A stretch of 64,000 nucleotides of DNA from a virus (taxonomy: Duplodnaviria > Caudoviricetes), in the IMG/VR virus record IMGVR_UViG_3300021431_004524, positions 1 to 64,000 of that record. One strand, written 5' to 3'. Shown here in pieces: positions 55,850 through 64,000 of this stretch (the first letter of the stretch is position 1; every line of letters begins with the position of its first letter). The position numbers were made by a program, and so were the translations under genes. Below the pieces are notes generated by a model. It did no database searches and was not told the DNA's origin. It worked only from the letters and a program-made list of their open reading frames with translations.

Positions 55850-56443
55850 ATGAGAGCAGTATTATATGTGCCATACAGTAATGGTGATGCAAGGAATGGT
55901 TTCAAGTATGACAAAGAGATAAGTCAGAAAGAATACGCCAATGCTATGGTTGAATATTATAATCAGCATAAGGATGGTATTGACAGTGTATTCATGAGTA
56001 AGGGTTTAGGCCGTAATATTGCTGTTAATCCATTTAGGAAAGAAAAGGTAAAATACAACCAACAGACATTCTATTATCAGCCGGTTGAAGCAAAAGTATT
56101 TGATATTGATGGAAAAGATGAGAAAATAGACGAATTAATACAATTTTACAAGACTGGTGAACAGTTCATTGTGATTATTGCATTACTTAATCTTTCTTCT
56201 GCTGATGAAAGTGGTGAACTTGAAAGCGATATAAAGGCTTGGACAAGGGAAAGTGTTAAGATAAACAGAACCAATAAGATGACGGAAGATGAAAAGATAA
56301 AGAGTCTTTCAAAGAAAAGCCTTAAACTTAAGTTCAAGGATTCTAAGTCAAGTGCAATCTTAAAGAATTGCAAGATGATTGAGGTTTATTCAAGAAACAA
56401 GTTTGCGTTACTTGTTGAGAGTATAGATTTTGTTCAAGAATAA
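55850..56443 (+). CDS. hypothetical protein
   Basis: 197 aa. Confidence 0.75.
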   Translation: MRAVLYVPYSNGDARNGFKYDKEISQKEYANAMVEYYNQHKDGIDSVFMSKGLGRNIAVNPFRKEKVKYNQQTFYYQPVEAKVFDIDGKDEKIDELIQFYKTGEQFIVIIALLNLSSADESGELESDIKAWTRESVKINRTNKMTEDEKIKSLSKKSLKLKFKDSKSSAILKNCKMIEVYSRNKFALLVESIDFVQE

Positions 56444-56482
56444 CGTTATAAAATAAGATATATCTTAAAAAATTAAAAGAAC

Positions 56483-58021
56483 ATGGATGTAATTAACAGT
56501 AATGGCAAGATGACACCGGAGGAATTTGCCGAAAGAAGAAAGAGGGAATTGGCTATACTTAAGGCTTCAAATCAGATGTTGGAAGATGCCAAGAATAATC
56601 TTATTTCAATGAATGAGGAAGACATTGACATTATGAAATATGCCGGCACACAGGAATTGTCAAAGAGTGATAAGATAAAGGCTATTGAAGAGGCTCAGAA
56701 AGAGAATATAGCAGCCGGTGAAGCATATTACGGTGCTTCTGAAAAGGAAATTAATGACGCAACTTATTTTGAGCCGGATAAGGCTGCTGTAAAGGCTTAT
56801 GAAAGAAGACTAAAAATGAAAGGTATTACTGATGAACAGTTACATAATAAAAAGTTGAATACTGCTTCTTATTCAAATGAAGACACGCCCGATGATGGCC
56901 TTATTGAAGATTATACCGGAAGTGGTAAGAAGAAAACAACAAGACGTAAGAGAGTAACTAAGAGGACAAAAGAAGAAGAAACAAGTCAATATGAAGAGAA
57001 AGCACCGGAGATTACGGTATCTCAGAAAGAAACAATCGAGGTGGCGAAACCGGAACCGGTTGATGTGAAGAAGGAGACCGAAATTGTTACAAATGAGAAT
57101 ATTGAAGATGACTCTTATGATTTTGATGTTAATAGCATTCCAGATTATGTACAATATGATGTTATTCCTTTACCTTCAAACGGACAATGTTATAAGCACA
57201 AGAAAGGCAGAGTACCGGTTGCTTATCTGACCGGTTCTGACGAGAATATTATCGCCTCTCCAAACATGTATCGTGATGGTAAACTGATTGACATTATTTT
57301 GAAGAGAAAAATACTTGATAAGACCATTAACGTTGATGAATTAGTAGCCGGTGATAGAGATGCAATTACCCTTTGGTTAAGGGCAACGGCATACGGTCCG
57401 GAGTTCCCAATTACTGTGACAAATCCAAATAACGGTAAACAATATGATACTTCTGTCGATTTGTCGAAGTTCAAATTCAATGATTTTAATTTGAAAGGTG
57501 ATGAAAATGGTTTGTTTGAATATAATGTCGGTAAAAATGTAATTAAATTTAAGTTTTTGACTAAGAATGATGAAAACGAACTTAGGGAGAAACTGATGAA
57601 TCAGATTTCAGACAGTGAGAAAATAAGTATACTCCGTGATGTAATGTCGATTAAGGAGTCTCTTGCAAGGGTTGATATTGATGATGAGGAACGTAAGAAC
57701 CTTAATGAAGATATTGAAGAAATTAGGGAAGTAATCGGTGAATCGGTCAATGAGAATGAAGATGCTGATGTCTATCCTAAGACTGTTACCGAACAGATGA
57801 TTATGCATACTGTTTCAATTAATGGTAATACTGATGAGGAATACATTAGGAACTTCATTGAGAATATGAGAGCCGGTGATGCAAGAAAATATCGTGACTA
57901 TATTGTTAATAATCGTCCGGGTGTTGATTTCAATATAAAGATTGACGTACCTAAGAGCGATGGAGGTGGCTCTTTCAATACGTTTCTTAGAATCGACGAT
58001 TCTATTTTCATCACCTACTAA
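56483..58021 (+). CDS. baseplate hub / tail assembly chaperone (gp26-like) with long charged N-terminal extension
   Basis: DVIPLPSNGQCY...YLTGSDENII.SPN...GDRDAITLWLRATAYG; just upstream of tape measure. Confidence 0.7.
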   Translation: MDVINSNGKMTPEEFAERRKRELAILKASNQMLEDAKNNLISMNEEDIDIMKYAGTQELSKSDKIKAIEEAQKENIAAGEAYYGASEKEINDATYFEPDKAAVKAYERRLKMKGITDEQLHNKKLNTASYSNEDTPDDGLIEDYTGSGKKKTTRRKRVTKRTKEEETSQYEEKAPEITVSQKETIEVAKPEPVDVKKETEIVTNENIEDDSYDFDVNSIPDYVQYDVIPLPSNGQCYKHKKGRVPVAYLTGSDENIIASPNMYRDGKLIDIILKRKILDKTINVDELVAGDRDAITLWLRATAYGPEFPITVTNPNNGKQYDTSVDLSKFKFNDFNLKGDENGLFEYNVGKNVIKFKFLTKNDENELREKLMNQISDSEKISILRDVMSIKESLARVDIDDEERKNLNEDIEEIREVIGESVNENEDADVYPKTVTEQMIMHTVSINGNTDEEYIRNFIENMRAGDARKYRDYIVNNRPGVDFNIKIDVPKSDGGGSFNTFLRIDDSIFITY

Positions 58022-58196
58022 TTTTGAAAGGAATCTCAAAACCGAAATGTGGCTTTGCCATGAGCATATGAATTTGTCGATGACTGACATATATAATATG
58101 CCGGTAGCAGACAGGAAATCATACATTGCCATACATAATAGGGAGATTGAGAAACAAAAGGAAAAACTTAAAATAAAGAAACCGAAAGGTAAATAA
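58005..58196 (+). CDS. small tail assembly chaperone segment (gp51/GT-like), possibly a frameshift extension of the previous gene
   Basis: EMWLCHEHMNLSMTDIYNMPVADRKSYI; overlaps upstream stop in +1 frame; start uncertain (ATG 58047 alternative). Confidence 0.6.
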   Translation, partial: FSSPTNFERNLKTEMWLCHEHMNLSMTDIYNMPVADRKSYIAIHNREIEKQKEKLKIKKPKGK

Positions 58197-58271
58197 TAAA
58201 GAATATAGTCCAATTATCAGATAAATAATGGTATTTGGACTATTTATGTTTATATGAATTAAAAGCATTTA

Positions 58272-61200
58272 ATGGCCATTAAAAACGACAATAATAATTT
58301 AGATAAGAAAATAGATAAACTTATTAATGCTATGGAACTTCTTGTCGATGCTGTAGAGCGTGGCAAGGGGGATAGTGGCTATATGTCTGGCTCAAGATTT
58401 GCAAGAAGAATTAAAGACGGTGGTAATGATTATTTGTATAGAGAGTTTGATGAACTTGGTAAAGATGAAGTGAGTAATATAAGAAATCATCTTACTGGTG
58501 GATTTAGAAAAAGAATAAAAGAATTAGAAGATGATTTAAAGAAAATTGATAAAGAATTAAGCAGTTCATCAATATCTAAAACAAAAAGAAAAAAACTTAA
58601 CAAACAGAGGGAAGAGAAAAGTAAGAAATTAGATAGAAACCGTGCTTTAAGGGATGAACGTTCTGATGAAAACTATATCCGTGATTATTATGATAGAAAT
58701 CGTGAAGATAGTGACCGTTCATTAAAAAGAAGATGGAGGATGCTATCCAATGATGACCGTATGAATTATCGTGATAGAGAAGATTTTATTAAAAGTGAAC
58801 GCCGTAAATTTTCTTATCACCGAAATTCAAATAGCCGTGATGACTTAAGAAGAAGACTGGCTAATAGTGGTATTGGTGATACTGCTTTTGGCCGTTATGG
58901 ACAAAGAATGTTTGACCGTCAACAACGTGCAGCAGACCTTGGTAATTTTGCCAATTATCTTGGTCATGGTGGTGCGAAGAAACTTGGTTTCGGAATGTTT
59001 GGTAACGGTTCAGTTGGTAAGAATGTCGTTGCTGGTCTTGGTAAATTTTCTAAAGGTCTCGGTTTTGCTTCTAAGTTGTTGGGCGGCCCTTGGGTACAAG
59101 CCATTTTAATTGCCATTGATGCTCTTAAAATGATTGGTGATGCTGTCGGTGATTGGAAAAAATATACGGCAGAAATGACCAGATTCCAGATGCAAGAAGA
59201 ACAGTTACAATATGAAAATTCTAAACGAATTGCCACTATTGCAACTGAAAGTGCTGTTGAAGATGTAAAATACAATGGTGACATCCAACTTAAAATGATG
59301 GATGTTCAATCACAGAATTTAATGGATGCTGTTGCATTAAGTAATGACCAATATGTAACGGCTGTACAGACAGCACTCGGTCCGATGATGCAAGGTATAA
59401 ATGCAAGCGCATATCAAGCGGCAGAAAGTAGAATTTCAGCAGCAGCACAATATCAGAAGAATCTTAATGTAAAAGAATTACGTGAAGAATCTTTTGGACG
59501 TTATGAAAAAATGCGTGGTTCTGAATATAGAGCTTCAAAAGCATCTTTGGCAGCGGAAGAAAACATTGCTAATGTTGAGTATACAACAAAATCTGCTGAG
59601 AATGCACTTAAACAAGAACAATATAGAGGGCAGCATGCTTTGCAGAGTGCAGTAAGAAGTGATGATGCACGTCAAGCCGGTGCGACTGTAACTCAAGGTG
59701 GAAACACGCTTCAAGCAGATATGAATGGTAATGCCGGGAGTACAAATAATCTGTGGACCGGTGAAGCATATAAGGGCGTTGGCCGTTATAACAATAATAG
59801 TCTTGGTACTGATGTTACTAATGTATTGCGTAATGCGTTGAGTGATAATTTGAGAGAAGGCGTACAAGCGGAAGCAATGGCGAATCTTGAATATGCTAAT
59901 CAGACTTTACGTAATCAGGCTGATATGCAAAAAACCGACATTGAGAACCGTTTTAAATTAACTAACACCGAATTACAGTATGCAACTGATATTGCTGATA
60001 AACAACAGGAAGTGTCAGTAGAGGTTAGAAATAAGTTTATCGAGGCTGCTGAAGCCGTAGAAAAAACTTGGTTGAAATTAGCCCAACAAAATGAACAATT
60101 CCTTGATAAGTTAGACGCGGTTACAAACAATACCGGTTTAAGTATGGGCCTTACAAATCAAGGGCAATTGCATTATTTCCAAAAAATGCTTATGACACAA
60201 ACAATAGATGTCGCAAGCAAATATGGAAAAAATGCAGAAGATGTATCTAGGGCGCAGCAATCATATATTGAAGCAACTGGACGTAATAAGACATTAGGTA
60301 AACATGATTATGGACAGTTATTCGGCTTAGGTACTTATCTTGGTGATGATACCCTTGCAGCAGGCTTTGGTTCTGAAATGGAAATTTTCAATCACGGCAT
60401 TGCTGAAAGTGTCGATATGTTGGATGATGTACTGAAGGATGTAAATAAAATTGGGCTTAATGGAAGAAAGTATACAAAAGACTTAGTGAATAACTTAAAA
60501 TTAGCACAAAAGTATAATTTTAGGGGTGGTACTAAGGAACTTATGCAAATGGCTAAATGGGCGCAACAAACACGTTTTAACCTCGGTAGCCTTAGTGGAA
60601 TAATTGATAAAGTACAAGAAGGTGGACTTGAAGGTGTTATTACACAAGCGGCTGGTTTCCAAGTTCTTGGCGGTCATGCGGCACTTAACAGTGACCCACT
60701 CGGAATGATGTTTGATGCATGGGCAGACCCACAGGCGTATGCAAAGAGAATGCAGGATATGACAAAGGGTTTCGGAAGATTTAACAGTAAAACCGGTGAA
60801 ACTGAATTTAATATTAATGAAAGTATGCAGATTGCACAGATGGCAAAGCTTCAAGGTCGTAGTCCGGAGGAACTTCGTCAAGAAATTATGCAAAGAAATA
60901 AGGCAACACAAGTTGAAAGACAACTTGGTGCTTATAACTCATTTGACCAAGACCAAAAGGCTATGATAACTAACAAAGCCGAATTTAAAGATGGCAGATG
61001 GGTTGTTAAGATGAAAGGCGGTGAAACAAAGGATATATCTCAATTGTCAAAAGAAGATTTAAATGAACTTATGCCTATTGACCATAATGAGAGAATGGAA
61101 GATTATATGGAAGATGTTGTAACGGCTTTGAATAAACTTACCGGTGAAGAGACACGTGAAAAAACTGTTCTTGCCAAAGAATCATTTGATGAGTATTATA

Positions 61201-61850
61201 AGGCTTACGAAGAACGACAGAAACAGGCATTTGATTCTTTTGAACAAAATCGTGATAACTACATACAAGAGACTAAAAGCGGTATGGATGCTGCAACAGC
61301 CGCTTTTCAAGATTATATCAAAATTTTCGAAGATGGAAATCAAAATGTTGATGCTGCAAGAGCAAAAATAGACGCACAAGCCAATAGTATAGCAGATGCA
61401 TTATCTAATACTGCCTTGATAATAAATGAAGCAAATCAAAGATTAGGATTATCTTCTGGTGGTCGTCGAGTTGCATCACCAATAATGCCTACTGTATCAG
61501 CCGTTAGCACTTTAGATAAATCATCTACGCCTCACACTCATGTTAAAAATAATGTTAATACTGATAATGTGAGATTTGATTGGACGCTACCTGAATATAG
61601 ACCTAACACCCCGTTTGGTGATAATACAAATGGTGGTAGTGGAGGTAATTCGTCATCAAATCTCAGTCTTAACATTAATGGAAAAATAGAATTAACAGGT
61701 GAAAATGGTCAAGCCATTAATATTATAGAAGAAATGAAACGTAATCCGATGTTTGTACGTCAGATTACTGAAATGGTCGTGTTGCAGATGAATAATAATA
61801 CACATGGTGGAAGAAATGAATTATTCCATAACAGATATAGTCATGGTTAA
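58272..61850 (+). CDS. tape measure protein
   Basis: 1192 aa, helical Ala/Gln/Gly-rich, follows chaperone genes, TATTTAT 24 nt upstream. Confidence 0.75.
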   Translation: MAIKNDNNNLDKKIDKLINAMELLVDAVERGKGDSGYMSGSRFARRIKDGGNDYLYREFDELGKDEVSNIRNHLTGGFRKRIKELEDDLKKIDKELSSSSISKTKRKKLNKQREEKSKKLDRNRALRDERSDENYIRDYYDRNREDSDRSLKRRWRMLSNDDRMNYRDREDFIKSERRKFSYHRNSNSRDDLRRRLANSGIGDTAFGRYGQRMFDRQQRAADLGNFANYLGHGGAKKLGFGMFGNGSVGKNVVAGLGKFSKGLGFASKLLGGPWVQAILIAIDALKMIGDAVGDWKKYTAEMTRFQMQEEQLQYENSKRIATIATESAVEDVKYNGDIQLKMMDVQSQNLMDAVALSNDQYVTAVQTALGPMMQGINASAYQAAESRISAAAQYQKNLNVKELREESFGRYEKMRGSEYRASKASLAAEENIANVEYTTKSAENALKQEQYRGQHALQSAVRSDDARQAGATVTQGGNTLQADMNGNAGSTNNLWTGEAYKGVGRYNNNSLGTDVTNVLRNALSDNLREGVQAEAMANLEYANQTLRNQADMQKTDIENRFKLTNTELQYATDIADKQQEVSVEVRNKFIEAAEAVEKTWLKLAQQNEQFLDKLDAVTNNTGLSMGLTNQGQLHYFQKMLMTQTIDVASKYGKNAEDVSRAQQSYIEATGRNKTLGKHDYGQLFGLGTYLGDDTLAAGFGSEMEIFNHGIAESVDMLDDVLKDVNKIGLNGRKYTKDLVNNLKLAQKYNFRGGTKELMQMAKWAQQTRFNLGSLSGIIDKVQEGGLEGVITQAAGFQVLGGHAALNSDPLGMMFDAWADPQAYAKRMQDMTKGFGRFNSKTGETEFNINESMQIAQMAKLQGRSPEELRQEIMQRNKATQVERQLGAYNSFDQDQKAMITNKAEFKDGRWVVKMKGGETKDISQLSKEDLNELMPIDHNERMEDYMEDVVTALNKLTGEETREKTVLAKESFDEYYKAYEERQKQAFDSFEQNRDNYIQETKSGMDAATAAFQDYIKIFEDGNQNVDAARAKIDAQANSIADALSNTALIINEANQRLGLSSGGRRVASPIMPTVSAVSTLDKSSTPHTHVKNNVNTDNVRFDWTLPEYRPNTPFGDNTNGGSGGNSSSNLSLNINGKIELTGENGQAINIIEEMKRNPMFVRQITEMVVLQMNNNTHGGRNELFHNRYSHG

Positions 61851-61932
61851 TTTTTCATATAATAAGATGAATGAATTAGTTTAAAAAAGCAAATTTAAAC
61901 TATATATTTATAAAGATTGGTAATAATATATA

Positions 61933-64000
61933 ATGGCGTTAAAAATAGGTAGAGGCGATATAACCGCCGGTTTTAACTATGGTATTGATGTAATTAACAA
62001 TGCTGTTAGGGATATCAGAGGCGTGACCGATGAGTTCATCAATAATGCTCTTGGCATGAAAATTGATGAAAGGGTTGATTTTAATGACTTGAACTACAGA
62101 TTTATGCAAAAGTTCATGGCCGTTAATATCAACGAACGTGATATTACCATGTCTATTCTTGGTCAGGACGCACATTTGTTTGGAAATCCTAATGCCATTA
62201 GTGGTCAAGCACAAAGACCTTCATATGCCGACGGAATGAACTATATTGATGAGTTTGTAACTACGGCAGGTGGTAATGAAAAAGGTGGCATAAATACAAC
62301 AAGGTCTTCTGATTTAATCGGTCCGAATAACCCTTATAAGAAGATTACCAATCTTTATCCTGATGAACTTGATTCCGGATACGGTAAGGATTTCCATAAA
62401 TGGGATTTGGATGGAAATGTAAATTCGATATTATATAAGACAAAGAAACTGTTTGCCGATAAGAAGATAAACAGTATCATATCTAAGTTTGGAACTGTTG
62501 CTGATGGTGGTGGCTCAAACGTAGGAAGCCCTGGTGATGTAGTAACCGGTGAATATGGTATGTCACACGGTAGAAACCTTTTAAAGAGGGGTGCTGAAGA
62601 GAATGGAGAAAGATATGAAATAAATGGATATAACAACCCTTATTGTCGTGTTTGGACACACCATTATCAATATGATAGACTCAATAAATTAATAAGACCT
62701 TTTGTTAGCGAGGAGGGAAGTGAAGGATTTTCTGCTTTTGAGGCTTTGGAAGGCCTTCATCTGTGGAACGGTTTTGAACAGCAAGCCGAATACATAGAAA
62801 GAAAGATTAAGAATGATAAAGGTGAAGAAACGACTGAATATATTCAGAAACAAGCCGCAGGATGGAAAAGTAAGGTTGAAAATGATGGTGGATGGAAAAA
62901 ATCAGTTTTAAATAATAACGGTTTTGTTAATATTACACCTAAATTTCTTGGTGGCGGCAAGAAGAATATACATACAAAAGACTGTATGTTTTCAATAGAA
63001 AACCTTGCGTGGAGGGGTTATGACCCTTATTCTTTCGAGAATGCATTATCATGGGAACAGAGAGGACCACTTGGGGGAAGAATAATGTGGTTTCCACCTT
63101 ACGGTTTGTCATTTAATGAAACAACACAAGCCAATTGGTCATCCAATTCATTTATTGGACGAGGTGAGGATGTATATACCTATGTTAATACTGTAAGAAG
63201 TGGTACATTAAGTTTTATTATGCTTACAGACCATCCGTCAATCATTGACTATGCAAACTGGTATGATAAGAAATCAGACAACGATTTAAAAGACACTGAC
63301 TTACTTAGATTTTTTGCCGGTTGTGATAAGAGTGCTGTTTTAGATGCTGTTAAACCAACACCATTAACTGATGAATATACTCAGAAGATAACAGAAGAGG
63401 AAGAAATTAAGAAATTAAATCCTACTCCTGAGCCTACGCCAGAACCTGAAATACCTGATGTTGAGAAAACTATACAGTTCTATGTGTTCTATCCGAATAA
63501 CTATTCCGGTTGTTATGACATGCCATCTTCAACTTCACCGGTTCATGCCATTGCTTATCTTTTATTCGGAAAGGGTTGTAACAAGAAATTTGATGGGACT
63601 GATGAAAACTTTGGGAATGATTTAAGTTTAGATTTTAATTTGGATAATGGTGACTATGAAAGCAACATGGGTAATGGTTATGAAATGGTTGGTAATGGCG
63701 TAAGTGTTAATGAAGATAGTTCTAAAAATTATATCGAAGGTTCTGAATTAAGATGGGCTGCTTATAAAGGTAAGAAATATAAAGCAACCGATAAACGTAA
63801 GTGGTTCTATCGTATAGATGGTGAATATAAGATACCCCAAAAAGCAGATAGAAATAAGAATACATACGACCAAATAATACAAACACCGAATTATGTGGAC
63901 CGTAAGTCGTTTGGTTTGAATTTACAATCAAGTGTGGTTAAAAGCAGTGGGTTGGTTGGTGAGGATGTTGAATTGTATTCATTGGCTGAAGTTGCTGCTG
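61933..64000 (+). CDS. large baseplate/tube-initiator-like protein (runs off window; absent from ORF track)
   Basis: ATG 61933 MALKIGRGD..., frame spot-checked in register to 64000; CMFSIENLAW...GPLGGRIMWFPPYGLSFNE...W....FIGRGEDVYTY.NT.RSGTLSF. Confidence 0.75.
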   Translation, partial: MALKIGRGDITAGFNYGIDVINNAVRDIRGVTDEFINNALGMKIDERVDFNDLNYRFMQKFMAVNINERDITMSILGQDAHLFGNPNAISGQAQRPSYADGMNYIDEFVTTAGGNEKGGINTTRSSDLIGPNNPYKKITNLYPDELDSGYGKDFHKWDLDGNVNSILYKTKKLFADKKINSIISKFGTVADGGGSNVGSPGDVVTGEYGMSHGRNLLKRGAEENGERYEINGYNNPYCRVWTHHYQYDRLNKLIRPFVSEEGSEGFSAFEALEGLHLWNGFEQQAEYIERKIKNDKGEETTEYIQKQAAGWKSKVENDGGWKKSVLNNNGFVNITPKFLGGGKKNIHTKDCMFSIENLAWRGYDPYSFENALSWEQRGPLGGRIMWFPPYGLSFNETTQANWSSNSFIGRGEDVYTYVNTVRSGTLSFIMLTDHPSIIDYANWYDKKSDNDLKDTDLLRFFAGCDKSAVLDAVKPTPLTDEYTQKITEEEEIKKLNPTPEPTPEPEIPDVEKTIQFYVFYPNNYSGCYDMPSSTSPVHAIAYLLFGKGCNKKFDGTDENFGNDLSLDFNLDNGDYESNMGNGYEMVGNGVSVNEDSSKNYIEGSELRWAAYKGKKYKATDKRKWFYRIDGEYKIPQKADRNKNTYDQIIQTPNYVDRKSFGLNLQSSVVKSSGLVGEDVELYSLAEVAA

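Noticed and set aside
1-64000. Stop-codon reassignment as in Lak-type megaphages
   Set aside because: Long conserved genes are intact in the standard code, and TAG/TGA end genes at sensible positions (e.g. 4287, 16388, 39884, 42228).
1-64000. tRNA or rRNA genes, integrase, IS transposase
   Set aside because: No cloverleaf, rRNA-like tract or recombinase/transposase motifs recognised in the short intergenic spaces or ORFs. This was by eye only; a tRNA scan would confirm.

Overview
This is an AT-rich, gene-dense segment of a large T4-like myovirus (jumbo-type phage). Bacteroidota-type TTTG-N18-23-TAnnTTTG promoters point to a Bacteroidota host, and the genetic code is standard. Virion genes include the gp23-like major capsid 3' end, a gp5-like OB-fold baseplate protein, neck proteins, tail sheath, tail tube, tail assembly chaperone, tape measure, a baseplate/tube-initiator gene running off the right edge, and several long fibre-like proteins. 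Non-structural genes include a phage sigma-like factor, two glycosyltransferases, a HAD nucleotidase, an Acb1-like 2H phosphoesterase, a GMP reductase/IMPDH-family enzyme, dUTPase, a DEDDh exonuclease, a SNF2 helicase and a family-B DNA polymerase. Highlights: (1) The polymerase is fractured inside catalytic motif C (IVGD|TDG). The two halves carry the N and C parts of a naturally split Ser1/Thr+1 intein lacking the usual C-terminal histidines, with a free-standing endonuclease between them and a separate promoter for each half. (2) That endonuclease belongs to a Zn-ribbon/Vsr-like/GNAT(Mom-like) family with three intact copies and one 48-bp fossil, all next to core genes. (3) An 11-nt stop-plus-hairpin insertion splits a GDYW|HSNP nuclease motif and is a candidate ribosomal bypass; a second Trp-stop-hairpin leader occurs at 4.2 kb. 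(4) A TATTTAT motif, the reverse complement of the core of the T4 late promoter, precedes most virion genes and includes a palindromic divergent copy. (5) There are shared N-terminal (I.LTESQ) and C-terminal (FDCGTY) peptide tags. All family calls come from motif recognition by eye; no database searches were run.
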